Shown here one piece after another: positions 20,949-30,138 of a stretch of 42,355 nucleotides of DNA (within the stretch, counting starts at the first letter, position 1; every line of letters begins with the position of its first letter). A program made the position numbers and the translations under genes. The DNA lies in NCBI GenBank assembly GCA_036268895.1, contig DATATH010000069.1:1-42355 (forward strand), read 5' to 3'. Origin of the DNA: Sphingomicrobium sp. (lineage in GTDB: Bacteria; Pseudomonadota; Alphaproteobacteria; Sphingomonadales; Sphingomonadaceae). The notes beneath the pieces were generated by a model. The model saw only the letters and a list, made by a program, of their open reading frames with translations, was not told the origin of the DNA and did not search any database.

Positions 20949-22175
20949 CTAGGACCGTTTGCGAGCCCGCTGCGCGAGCGTCCTTAGCCGAAGTGCGTTG
21001 AGGCGAATGAAGCCTGCCGCGTCGCGGTGGTCGTAGCTGCCACTGCCTTCTTCGAACGTGACGAGGTCCTGATCGTAGAGCGATTGATCGCTCTCGCGCC
21101 CGATCACGACTGCATTGCCCTTGTAGAGCTTCATCGTCACTTTGCCGCTCACATGCTCCTGGCTCTTGTCGATCGCAGCCTGGAGCATTTCGCGTTCGGG
21201 CGAGAACCAGAAGCCGTTGTAGATGAGCTCGGCATAGCGCGGCATCAGCTCGTCCTTGAGGTGCATTGCACCGCCATCGAGAGTGATGCTCTCGATTGCG
21301 CGATGCGCCGCCAAAAGGATGGTACCGCCTGGCGTCTCGTAGACCCCGCGCGACTTCATCCCGACGAACCGGTTCTCGACGAGATCGAGGCGGCCGATGC
21401 CATTGTCGTGGCCGAGCTGGTTCAGCTTTGTCAGCAAAGCCGCAGGAGACAGGCGCTGGCCGTCGATTGCGATCGGATCGCCATGGTCAAAATCGATCGT
21501 GACGTGGGCCGGCTTGTCGGGCGCATCTTCAGGCGAGATGGTGCGCTGGTGGACATATTCGGGGGCGTCCGCGGCCGGGTCCTCGAGGACTTTTCCTTCC
21601 GACGATGAGTGAAGGAGGTTCGCGTCGATCGAGAATGGTGCTTCGCCGCGCTTGTCCTTGGTGATCGGAATCTGATGCTTCTCGGCGAAGTCGAAGAGTG
21701 CCTCGCGGCTTGCGAAGCTCCATTCGCGCCACGGCGCAATAATCCTGATATCGGGCTCGAGCGCGTAATAGCCGAGCTCGAAGCGGACCTGGTCGTTGCC
21801 CTTGCCAGTCGCACCGTGACAGACGGCGTCTGCTCCGACCTTCCGGGCAATCTCGATCTGACGCTTGGCGATCAACGGCCGGGCGATCGACGTACCGAGG
21901 AGATATTGTCCCTCATAGACGGTGTTCGCCCGGAACATCGGGAAGACGAAATCGCGGACGAACTCCTCGCGCAGATCCTCGATGAAGATGTTTTCCGGCC
22001 TGACGCCAAGCATCTCGGCCTTGCGCCGCGCCGGCTCGACCTCCTCGCCCTGGCCAAGGTCAGCCGTGAAGGTCACGACCTCCGCGTCATATTCGGTCTG
22101 CAGCCATTTGAGGATGATCGACGTGTCGAGCCCGCCTGAATAAGCGAGCACCACCTTCATTTTTTTGTTCGTCAT
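20949..22175 (-). CDS. argG: Argininosuccinate synthase
   Basis: [25 protein letters not shown] and [11 protein letters not shown]. Confidence 0.96.
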   Translation of the reverse strand: MTNKKMKVVLAYSGGLDTSIILKWLQTEYDAEVVTFTADLGQGEEVEPARRKAEMLGVRPENIFIEDLREEFVRDFVFPMFRANTVYEGQYLLGTSIARPLIAKRQIEIARKVGADAVCHGATGKGNDQVRFELGYYALEPDIRIIAPWREWSFASREALFDFAEKHQIPITKDKRGEAPFSIDANLLHSSSEGKVLEDPAADAPEYVHQRTISPEDAPDKPAHVTIDFDHGDPIAIDGQRLSPAALLTKLNQLGHDNGIGRLDLVENRFVGMKSRGVYETPGGTILLAAHRAIESITLDGGAMHLKDELMPRYAELIYNGFWFSPEREMLQAAIDKSQEHVSGKVTMKLYKGNAVVIGRESDQSLYDQDLVTFEEGSGSYDHRDAAGFIRLNALRLRTLAQRARKRS

Positions 22176-22232
22176 TGTCCCGTTCTTAACTTCACAAAAG
22201 TCCAAGCGACGATAGGCCCGAGCAAGCCCCGC

Positions 22233-23141
22233 TCAGGCCGCCGACGCCGTTTCCCTGAATTTCCCAGCCCGATCCTCATTTTGCCCGGGCGCCCAAGCAT
22301 CTGAATCGACACCGAGGAGCCAAAGCATCGCTCCGCGCGCCGTGTGCATCCTGTTCCGCGCCTGCCGCCAGACGGCGGAGCGTGGCCCGTCGATGACCGG
22401 AGCCGTCACTTCCTCGCCGCGACGCGCCGGCAGGCAGTGCATGAACCACGCGTTGGGCGCTCTTGCCATCAGAGCCTCGTCGACTTGGTAGGGTTCGAAT
22501 GCGTCTCGCCGCTCATCGCTGTCCTCGCCGCCCATCGAAACCCAAACGTCGGTATAGACGATGTCGGCTCCTTCGACCGCTTCGTGAGGGTCGACAATCG
22601 AGCCCTCGAGGCCGTGGCCCGGCGGGCTGGCGATGACGAATTGAGCGCCGGCGAGCGCGCAGCCCTCGGCGAGCGATCGCGACACGTTGTTGCCTTCGCC
22701 GATGAAGGCGATCCTCGCACCCTCGAGGCGGCCGAGGAGCTGCTTGACCGTCAGAAGGTCGGCCAGCGCCTGCAACGGATGATCGGTTGAAGAGAGCATA
22801 TTGAGGACAGGTGCGGCATTCACCGCCGCCATTTCCTCAAGGAGCGAGTGTTCAAATACCCGGGCGGCGATGATCGAATGATAGCAGGCGAGGGTGCGCG
22901 TCACGTCGGCAACGCTCTCGCGGCTGCCGATGCCGAGCTCGGAGGGCTGAATGTACAACGGGTGGCCCCCCAGTTGAGAGGCCGCAAGCTCCATCGAGTT
23001 GCGCGTTCGTGAGCTTGGCTTCTCGAAATAGAGGGCGACACCCTTGTTCTCGAGCAGTCGCGGCGCCCGCTTCTCCGATAGGGCAAGGATCGCGTTGAGG
23101 TCGGCGGCGGCAAGGTCCCGCACCGATAGCAAATGCTTCAC
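22233..23141 (-). CDS. argF: Ornithine carbamoyltransferase
   Basis: FEKPSSRTR, HPLQ, DVWVSMG and HCLP motifs. Confidence 0.9.
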   Translation of the reverse strand: MKHLLSVRDLAAADLNAILALSEKRAPRLLENKGVALYFEKPSSRTRNSMELAASQLGGHPLYIQPSELGIGSRESVADVTRTLACYHSIIAARVFEHSLLEEMAAVNAAPVLNMLSSTDHPLQALADLLTVKQLLGRLEGARIAFIGEGNNVSRSLAEGCALAGAQFVIASPPGHGLEGSIVDPHEAVEGADIVYTDVWVSMGGEDSDERRDAFEPYQVDEALMARAPNAWFMHCLPARRGEEVTAPVIDGPRSAVWRQARNRMHTARGAMLWLLGVDSDAWAPGQNEDRAGKFRETASAA

Positions 23142-24016
23142 CAGCTCTTCTCCTGGCGGATCATTGTTCCGACACCGTGGTCGGTAAGGAGTTCGATCAG
23201 GAGCGAGTGCGGCACGCGCCCATCGATGATGTGTGCGAAACGGACGCCCTGTTCGACCGCCTCGGCGCAGGCCCTCGATTTGGGGATCATGCCGTTGCTG
23301 ACGAAGCTTGACGCCATCCGCGCCCGAAGCTCGGCGGCGGTGAGGCGCGGGATCAGGCTGTCTTCGTCCGTTACATCCTCGAGAAGGCCGGGAGCGGCTG
23401 TCAGATAGACGATCTTTTCCGCGCCCATCGCAACCGCGATCGCGCGCGCCGCTTCATCGGCGTTTACATTATAAGGCTGCCCTTCCAAAATCGTGCCGAT
23501 CGTAGAAACGACCGGAGTGAGCCCATCATCGAGAAGCCGGTGAATGAGCTCGGCACGAACGTTGGTGACGTTGCCGACGAAGCCCAGCGCCGAATCGGCC
23601 GGGGTAACAGTGAGCAGCCCCGCATCCTCGCCGGACACCCCGACTGCAACAGGATCTTCGCCAGCCTGGCTGTTGATCGTTGCGACGAGGTCGCGATTGA
23701 TCTTTCCGACCAGCACCATCCGCACGATGTCGAGCGTCTCGGCATCCGTGACCCGGAGCCCGTCCTTGAATTCTGGTTCCTTACCGACCCGCCGAAGCAT
23801 GGCATCGACCTGAGGACCCCCGCCGTGAACGAGCACGCAGCGCACTCCGACGCTCCTTAAGAGAAGCACGTCCTGAGCGAGTGCGAGGTCGGACTTTCGG
23901 TCGATCGCCGCTCCGCCAAGCTTCACAACGACCGATTTGCCGGCGAACTGCCGGATGTAGGGCAGCGCTTCGACGAGCACGGTCGCGATTTCGGACGGCA
24001 GAAGGACGATCTTCAT
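23138..24016 (-). CDS. argB: Acetylglutamate kinase
   Basis: EALPYI, VVKLGG, VHGGGP, GLRVT, NVNAD and GMIPK. Confidence 0.93.
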   Translation of the reverse strand: MKIVLLPSEIATVLVEALPYIRQFAGKSVVVKLGGAAIDRKSDLALAQDVLLLRSVGVRCVLVHGGGPQVDAMLRRVGKEPEFKDGLRVTDAETLDIVRMVLVGKINRDLVATINSQAGEDPVAVGVSGEDAGLLTVTPADSALGFVGNVTNVRAELIHRLLDDGLTPVVSTIGTILEGQPYNVNADEAARAIAVAMGAEKIVYLTAAPGLLEDVTDEDSLIPRLTAAELRARMASSFVSNGMIPKSRACAEAVEQGVRFAHIIDGRVPHSLLIELLTDHGVGTMIRQEKSW

Positions 24017-25173
24017 GATGTCTTGCTATTTTCTTTGATGTAGCCGGGACCAAGGTCGATCCCGATCATCCGGGCGCTGTCTTTTCCGGCGCCGAGATGG
24101 ACCTCGATCGCAATCTCGTCGCCCATCATATGTTCGGCGAGCGCCTGGCCATCGTGCGGAACAGCAGTTCCGCCCTCGGCAACCGTGATTCCGCCATAGC
24201 TCACTCGCGAGCGGCCAACGTCGAGCGCGACCCCGCACGAGCCGGCGGCTGCGAGCAGCCGTCCCCAATAGGGATCACCGCCATACCAGCTGCACTTGAC
24301 GAGATTGTTCTCCGCGATCGCCTTTGCCGCGATCTTCGCCTCATTGTCGTTCGCAGCGCCGGTGATGCTGAGCCGCGCGATCCTCGTCATTCCTTCGGCA
24401 TCGCGTGCCATCTGCATCGTCAGCTCTTCGCACGCTGCGAGCACGGCATTGCCGAACTCTTCAGGGTCCGGCGCCCCGCGCTTGGCGGAGGAGAGCAGCA
24501 TCGCCGTATCGTTGGTCGACATTGCCCCATCGACGTTGAGAGTGTTGAAGCTTGCGTCGGCGGAGCGGCGCAGGATCTCCTGAAGCGTCGAGCGCGGAAC
24601 ATCCGCGTCGGTTGTCAAAAAGGCGAGCATCGTCGCCATGTTGGGAGCGATCATTCCGCATCCCTTGGCCATTCCGCCAAGCGTAAAATTCGAGCCGCGG
24701 ATGACGACCTGCTTCGCCCTGTGGTCGGTGGTCAATATCCCGCGGGCGGCGTCCTCGGCCCCGTCGACCGCGAGCCTGCCGGCGAGCTTTGGAGTTGCAT
24801 TGAGGATCGGCTCCATCGGTAGCGGCGTTCCGATGATCCCGGTCGAGCAGACCAGAACGTCCGAGACGTCGATGTGGAGAGCGTGAGCGGCGGCAGCGGA
24901 CATGACCCTGGCGTCGCGCATTCCCGCGGTGCCGGTACCGGCATTGGCATTTCCGGAATTGACGATGATCGCCGCTGCTCGGCCGCCGTTCATGCGCAGG
25001 GTCTCCCGGTCCAGTTCGACCGGGGGAGCGGCGAATTTATTCTGCGTGAACACCGCGGCGCAGGTGACCGGCCGCCGGTCCTGTGTCGCGATCATCGCCA
25101 TGTCGAAGCGACGCCTCTTGATGCCGGCGTGGCATCCTGCGGCGACGAAGCCTTCGGCTGCAGTTACGCTCAT
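24013..25173 (-). CDS. argJ: Ornithine acetyltransferase
   Basis: NSGNANA, STGIIG, LTTD, AKGCGMIAPNMATML (autocleavage Thr), STND and DPYWGR. Confidence 0.93.
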   Translation of the reverse strand: MSVTAAEGFVAAGCHAGIKRRRFDMAMIATQDRRPVTCAAVFTQNKFAAPPVELDRETLRMNGGRAAAIIVNSGNANAGTGTAGMRDARVMSAAAAHALHIDVSDVLVCSTGIIGTPLPMEPILNATPKLAGRLAVDGAEDAARGILTTDHRAKQVVIRGSNFTLGGMAKGCGMIAPNMATMLAFLTTDADVPRSTLQEILRRSADASFNTLNVDGAMSTNDTAMLLSSAKRGAPDPEEFGNAVLAACEELTMQMARDAEGMTRIARLSITGAANDNEAKIAAKAIAENNLVKCSWYGGDPYWGRLLAAAGSCGVALDVGRSRVSYGGITVAEGGTAVPHDGQALAEHMMGDEIAIEVHLGAGKDSARMIGIDLGPGYIKENSKTS

Positions 25174-26177
25174 GGGTAAACTCCGATTGCCGTCAGCCCG
25201 GCCGTTTCGTCGACGCCGAGCATCAGGTTTGCGCATTGGATCATCTGCCCGGCGGCGCCCTTGCCGAGATTGTCGATCGCCGAGAGGGCGAGAACTCGTC
25301 CCGTGCGTTCGTCATACCGGGCGGTCATCTGCACCCCGTTCGAGCCTGCGACCCACTTGGTTGCCGGCGGATCGTTGGTGACATGAACGAACGGCTCGCC
25401 CGAATAGGCGCTCCGAAGCGTTTCCAGGGGATCGCACGGAGCGACCGCCTCGCCGTAGCAAGTGGCGAAGATGCCTCTCGTCATCGGTGCGAGATGGGGC
25501 GTGAACAGCACGCTTGCAGCCAACGCCATTTCCATTTCGGCGGTGTGACGGTGGCTGAGCAGTCCATAAGCAGAAATGCTTCCGTCGACCGTCGAAAAGC
25601 CCGTCGTCTCTTTCGCCTCGCGCCCGGCGCCGCTCGCTCCGGAAGCTGCGTTGACGATGAGATTGTCGGCGAGGATGAGACCGGCCTTAACGAGCGGCTT
25701 CAATGCAAGGATCGCTGCCGTCGCATAGCAGCCTGCCGCAGCCACGGACCTCGCGCCGCGGATCGCCTCGCGATTGAGCTCGGGAATTCCGTAGACGAAG
25801 GAGGAGAGCAGCTCCGGCGCGCCATGCCTGTGCCCATACCAGCGCTCGTATGTGTCAGCGTCGTCGAGCCGGAAGTCGGCCCCTAGATCGATGAAGGGGA
25901 TGCCGGTTCCAAGAATGGCAGAAGCGATTCTCTGACTGTGCCCGTGCGGCAGAGCGGCAAATACGGCATCGATGCCGCCAAGAGCGCCTTCCTCGAATTT
26001 TTCGATGCAAACGTCGGGATAAACCGAGGCAAGGTGCGGGTGAACCTCGCCGACCGACCGTCCGGCCTTGCTCTCGCCGAACAATCTTGTTGCCGTAAGT
26101 TCGGGATGGGCGGCAATCAGCCGCAGCAGCTCGCCGCCGACATAGCCCGAGGCTCCAAGGATGGCCGTCCGAATCAT
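25170..26177 (-). CDS. argC: N-acetyl-gamma-glutamyl-phosphate reductase
   Basis: GASGYVG, ALPHG, DLGADFRL, GCYAT and DNLGKGAAGQ. Confidence 0.95.
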   Translation of the reverse strand: MIRTAILGASGYVGGELLRLIAAHPELTATRLFGESKAGRSVGEVHPHLASVYPDVCIEKFEEGALGGIDAVFAALPHGHSQRIASAILGTGIPFIDLGADFRLDDADTYERWYGHRHGAPELLSSFVYGIPELNREAIRGARSVAAAGCYATAAILALKPLVKAGLILADNLIVNAASGASGAGREAKETTGFSTVDGSISAYGLLSHRHTAEMEMALAASVLFTPHLAPMTRGIFATCYGEAVAPCDPLETLRSAYSGEPFVHVTNDPPATKWVAGSNGVQMTARYDERTGRVLALSAIDNLGKGAAGQMIQCANLMLGVDETAGLTAIGVYP

Positions 26178-26197
26178 TGGGCCGCCCTATTCACTGT

Positions 26198-26235
26198 ATT
26201 GCATATTTATGCAAGCACATGCATAAGAATGCGTA
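26198..26235. promoter_or_regulatory. Two tandem ARG boxes (ArgR operator)
   Basis: TGCATATTTATGCA (26200-26213) and TGCATAAGAATGCG (26220-26233), 20-bp period, between divergent argC and argR. Confidence 0.8.
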
Positions 26236-26699
26236 TGAACGGACTGAAGGAAAGACGGCAGCAGGCGATCGCCGAGCTTATCCGCGGCTCCCCGCTCTCG
26301 AGCCAGGAAGAGCTCGGGGAGCGCCTCGGACGGCTCGGCTTTGCCGTCACCCAGGCGACGATCTCGCGCGACCTCGAGCAGATCGGTGCCGTGAAGGTGC
26401 GCCGCTCGGGGCGGCTCAGCTACGCGCTTCCGGACCAGATGCCGGCTGCCCCCGGGCGGCAGCTTGGAGCTGTGTTCCGCGATTTCGTGCGGTCGATCGA
26501 CACGGCCGCGAACCTGGTCGTCATCAAGACTCCACCTGGCTCGGCGCACCTGATCGGGGTTGCGCTCGACCAATCCGGCCTTCCCGGAATCGTCGGAACG
26601 ATCTGCGGCGATGATACGATATTCGTCGCGTGCGGTTCGACAAAGATCGCTGCGGAGCTTGCAACGAAGCTGAGATCGGGAAGCGGAAATCTTCAGTAG
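26235..26699 (+). CDS. argR: Arginine repressor
   Basis: SQEEL, VTQATISRD, VIKTPPGSA and GTICGDDTIF motifs; start is the ATG at 26235 or 26229. Confidence 0.93.
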   Translation: MNGLKERRQQAIAELIRGSPLSSQEELGERLGRLGFAVTQATISRDLEQIGAVKVRRSGRLSYALPDQMPAAPGRQLGAVFRDFVRSIDTAANLVVIKTPPGSAHLIGVALDQSGLPGIVGTICGDDTIFVACGSTKIAAELATKLRSGSGNLQ

Positions 26700-27065
26700 G
26701 TTCGGGTTCCCCTCGGACGCCGACCTCAGCGCCCTTTTTTTGCAATATGAGCTTCGCCGGGACGGTAGTTTGCGATTTTCATTCGTGCAGTTAAGTTCCC
26801 TTAGCGCCGGAGAAGGCGCCGAGGCTTGAGAACCTCGTCTTGGGAGAGCCGACCGGATCCAGATCTAAGGCCGGCCGGGTGGCCGCCGCGCATGTCCAGG
26901 CCGGTTTCGGCTAAAGGCGGCGGCGCATGTCCAAGCATGTTCTCAACACCCGGCTCACCGGTGCACTTCGCGAGGGAGATCGTGAATGCGCCGGGTCGAT
27001 TGCGTCGAAGAAGAGTGCGCGAACAAGGATGGGCTGCCTCAGCGGCCCACGTTCAAGGCGGCGGC

Positions 27066-27653
27066 ATGATGCTCGCTTCACGCGGGTCCGCATCGCCTCT
27101 GTCGTCTTCCAACGGGGCGGACCCGGACCCGTCCGCACGCCCTGCGCCCGACCGAGAAATGCACAGGCAGGTGCATGAGCTCTACCTTAGGCACTCGCCC
27201 GCTCTCGTCCGCCGACTGACCCGCAAGACAGGTTGCACGGAACTTGCCCGCGACCTTGCCAACGAGACATTCCTCAAGATCCTTGGCCTTGCCCCGGCAA
27301 AGTTCAGACTGATCGATCGCCCCCAGGCCTTTCTTTGGCGGATATCGGTCAACCTGCTTCACGACTGGGGCAGGGCGCGCGCGCTAACCGAGCGCGCGCG
27401 GCCGCTGCTCGAGGCTGACGATCAGGGATCGTTCGACCAGGTCACGGTCCTCGAATCGCGAGACAAGCTCCGGCGGCTCGAGCAGGCGATTGAAAGGCTG
27501 AGGCCCAGGACTCGTGAGATTTTCCTGGCGCACAGGATCAGGGGTCTGACTTATGCCGAGATCGCCGACGAGATTGGCCTCACGGTGAAGGGGGTCGAAA
27601 AGCAGATGAGCAAGGCCATTGCCAAGATAGACCACCTGTTTGATCGGGGCTGA
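27066..27653 (+). CDS. ECF sigma factor (FecI-like)
   Basis: Region 2 (ARDLANETFLK, AFLWRISVNL) and region 4 (LRPRTREIFLAHR...TYAEIA...VEKQMSKA); start uncertain. Confidence 0.85.
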   Translation: MMLASRGSASPLSSSNGADPDPSARPAPDREMHRQVHELYLRHSPALVRRLTRKTGCTELARDLANETFLKILGLAPAKFRLIDRPQAFLWRISVNLLHDWGRARALTERARPLLEADDQGSFDQVTVLESRDKLRRLEQAIERLRPRTREIFLAHRIRGLTYAEIADEIGLTVKGVEKQMSKAIAKIDHLFDRG

Positions 27654-28655
27654 GTGGTGGGATTGAGGGTGCCAAAGACGAGGGGAATGCTGCGCCGCGA
27701 TGCTGCGGCGTGGCTGGCTCGCTTGCAGAGCCGCCGCGATCCCGAAATTGAACGGAAGTTTCGCCGCTGGCGCGATCGCGATCCGGCCCATGCCGAAGCT
27801 TTCGAGCGCGTGGCCGCGAGCTATCAGCAGGCAGGGCTGCTCCGTTACTCGGCACTGGCCTCGGTTCCCGCTGGTGCGCCTCGGCCGGCGAGCGCTCGAG
27901 CGCCGACCTATGCTTGGGCGGCGGCGGCAGCGCTGATCTTGCTCTTCTCGGCCGGAATTTATCTCGTTCTTGGGAGCGGACGTTGGACGAGCGGAACCGA
28001 AGCGGTGATGCTTTCGACGAGGATCGGAGAAATCAGGAGGATCAGCCTTTCCGACGGATCGAAAGTGACGCTCGATACGGCGACCAGCGTCGAAGTCGAG
28101 ATCGGCCGCATGGGTCGAAGGGCGCTGGTCAAGGCCGGCCGAGCGCGCTTCGAGGTCGAAAAGGCCAAGCGGCCCTTCGTCATCCAAGCGGGTGATAGTT
28201 TTGCGACGGCGCAAGGCGCCGTGCTCGATGTCGAAAAATTCGGCAATCGGGCACGTGTCGACGTTCTGGCGGGAAGCGCAAAAATCGGCGGGTCAGGAGC
28301 TCGCGGCGCGGAGCTGCCCCTCACAGCCGGCGAAACGATGACGGCGGTTTCCGGCCACGGCGTTCAAAGACACTCGCTTGGGTCCGCGCCCGACTGGACC
28401 CACGGAATGCTCGAATTCGATGGAACTCCTCTTGCACCTGCAGTGGAGCTCGCCAATCGCTATTCGAAGAGCAAAATCCGCCTTTCCGCCGGCCTTGAAG
28501 GGCTAAGGGTCACCGGAGCGTTCCGGGCCGGAGACATCCGGGGGCTGGCGAACGCATTGGCGGAGGCTTTTCATCTGACGGTCGCCAGAACTTCGGAGGG
28601 CAATCTGATCCTCTCGCGAAGCGTTACGAACGGCACTCGGTCAGCGGGCGGCTGA
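27654..28655 (+). CDS. FecR-family anti-sigma/transmembrane sensor
   Basis: AAAWLARL...FRRWRDRDPAHAEAF, a TM helix, STRIGEIRRISLSDGS and LANRY; start may be the ATG at 27687. Confidence 0.88.
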   Translation: MVGLRVPKTRGMLRRDAAAWLARLQSRRDPEIERKFRRWRDRDPAHAEAFERVAASYQQAGLLRYSALASVPAGAPRPASARAPTYAWAAAAALILLFSAGIYLVLGSGRWTSGTEAVMLSTRIGEIRRISLSDGSKVTLDTATSVEVEIGRMGRRALVKAGRARFEVEKAKRPFVIQAGDSFATAQGAVLDVEKFGNRARVDVLAGSAKIGGSGARGAELPLTAGETMTAVSGHGVQRHSLGSAPDWTHGMLEFDGTPLAPAVELANRYSKSKIRLSAGLEGLRVTGAFRAGDIRGLANALAEAFHLTVARTSEGNLILSRSVTNGTRSAGG

Positions 28656-28843
28656 ACCCGGCAACTTCACGCCAGCATCTCGAGTGCCGAGGGGATTCAT
28701 CGCGGCACTCGGCGCACCCTTCCGTTAGGCAGCCGACCACATCATTTGACGAGAAAACCATCGAGACAGGTCATTCGCCTTGCGGTGGCCAAGTTGCTAT
28801 GTCGTCCCTGGTGATCTTGCGTTGTGGGGAAGCCGGGAGGCGG

Positions 28844-28916
28844 TGCCGGATGCAGGATTTGAACCCGCGACCTTCGGTTTACAAAACCGCTGCTCTACCA
28901 ACTGAGCTAATCCGGC
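28844..28916 (-). tRNA. tRNA-Thr(TGT)
   Basis: Acceptor GCCGGAT/ATCCGGC, D arm GCTC-AGTTGGTA-GAGC, anticodon loop TTTGTAA, T loop TTCAAAT. Followed by CCG rather than CCA. Confidence 0.93.
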
Positions 28917-28933
28917 TCGCCGCAGCCTCTGCG

Positions 28934-29785
28934 TCATAGCACGCCGAACGTCCAGCCCTCCGCTCGTGCGATCTGGGACGTTAGTCCCTCCGGGTCAAAG
29001 GCCCTCGGCTCGTCCGTCGCAAGCTGACGCATTCCAGCAGCAGTGACGAGTGCGTCGGTCTGGTGGTCATTGGGCTCGAAGCGAAGCCGTAACGGATGGC
29101 TTCCGAGCGCCCTTAGCGCTTCGTTCAATGCGCTGAGCGATCGAAGCTTCGTGCCTGACAAGCCCGCGCGCCGCAAATAGATGCGCGTGTAAATCTCGAC
29201 GACCGCGCTCCCATGCTCGGGCAGCGGGTCCATCGGCCAGATCGCGATCTTGCCGCCGAGCTGGTGAAGAAACCGCATTCCCGAGAAGCTCGCCTTGGCG
29301 ACCTGGGCCGCTCCGATCGCGTCATAGGCGCTTGCGGTTTTTCGGCCGCCCTGGGCGTTCAGGCGCGCATCGCACTGGCGGAAATGCATGAAGCGCGATT
29401 TCACCCCGTCGCCGATTCCGAAATAGAAATGCTTTCGGTGGACATGCTCGAGGAAGCTCGCCGCACCCAGATCCTCATCGTCGGATTTCTGATCGACATA
29501 CGCCCAGAACTCGCGGGCGGTCATGGGGACATCGGGTTCACCCGGCAGATATTCGCCGCGCTCGATGAGGGGCGGCGCAAAGCTGAAGTCGAACCCGAAG
29601 AGGGTGGGCTCTTTGGCGGCGCGCTTGAGGAGCCAAGCGAGCACCTCCTCGCGCGACCAGATATGCCCGGCCCGAATGAGCTGCGGCGGCGCCTCCCGGC
29701 GCGCTTCAGCGATCGCGATGCCCTTGTGCCGTTTTCCCTTTGCGCCCGACCAGTCGATCGCGACATAGGCTGCGAACCGTCTCAC
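28934..29785 (-). CDS. Conserved hypothetical protein (DUF429-like, possible RNase H-fold nuclease)
   Basis: AIDWSGA, GFDFSF, VEIY and DALV acidic motifs; the GTG overlaps the upstream TGA. Confidence 0.65.
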   Translation of the reverse strand: MRRFAAYVAIDWSGAKGKRHKGIAIAEARREAPPQLIRAGHIWSREEVLAWLLKRAAKEPTLFGFDFSFAPPLIERGEYLPGEPDVPMTAREFWAYVDQKSDDEDLGAASFLEHVHRKHFYFGIGDGVKSRFMHFRQCDARLNAQGGRKTASAYDAIGAAQVAKASFSGMRFLHQLGGKIAIWPMDPLPEHGSAVVEIYTRIYLRRAGLSGTKLRSLSALNEALRALGSHPLRLRFEPNDHQTDALVTAAGMRQLATDEPRAFDPEGLTSQIARAEGWTFGVL

Positions 29786-30138
29786 TTCCTCTTGGGGTTC
29801 GGTTTGCGCGGACGCGCCTTGGGCTTGGCTGCAACGAAGTCCCTCGAACGCCCGATCACATCGGTGACCCGCTCGGAATCCTTGCTGTCGTAGCGTATGA
29901 GGACGCCTTCCCACCCGACGTAATGCGGCGACTGCCAGAAGGTTTCTGGATCGGTCTCCATGAGGATCTCGATCGTGTCCAGATCGATCGCAACCCCGAA
30001 CGACGTATCCGCTTCGTGGCTCGGGAACAGGAAGGCGCGGCCATTCGAGACGATCTTCGCAGCGGTCTTGCCGTAGCTCGTTCCGAGCTCCGTGTCGGGG
30101 AGCGTTAGTGCAAAGGCGATGGCCTCCTCGAAGGTCAT
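29782..30138 (-). CDS. MmcQ/YjbR family protein
   Basis: ALTLPDT..TSYG and DPETFWQSPHYVGW pattern. Confidence 0.78.
   Translation of the reverse strand: MTFEEAIAFALTLPDTELGTSYGKTAAKIVSNGRAFLFPSHEADTSFGVAIDLDTIEILMETDPETFWQSPHYVGWEGVLIRYDSKDSERVTDVIGRSRDFVAAKPKARPRKPNPKRK

Noticed and set aside
28681-28711. Hairpin CGAGTGCCG/CGGCACTCG after fecR as an intrinsic terminator
   Set aside because: The 9-bp stem has a long loop and no U-tract on either strand.
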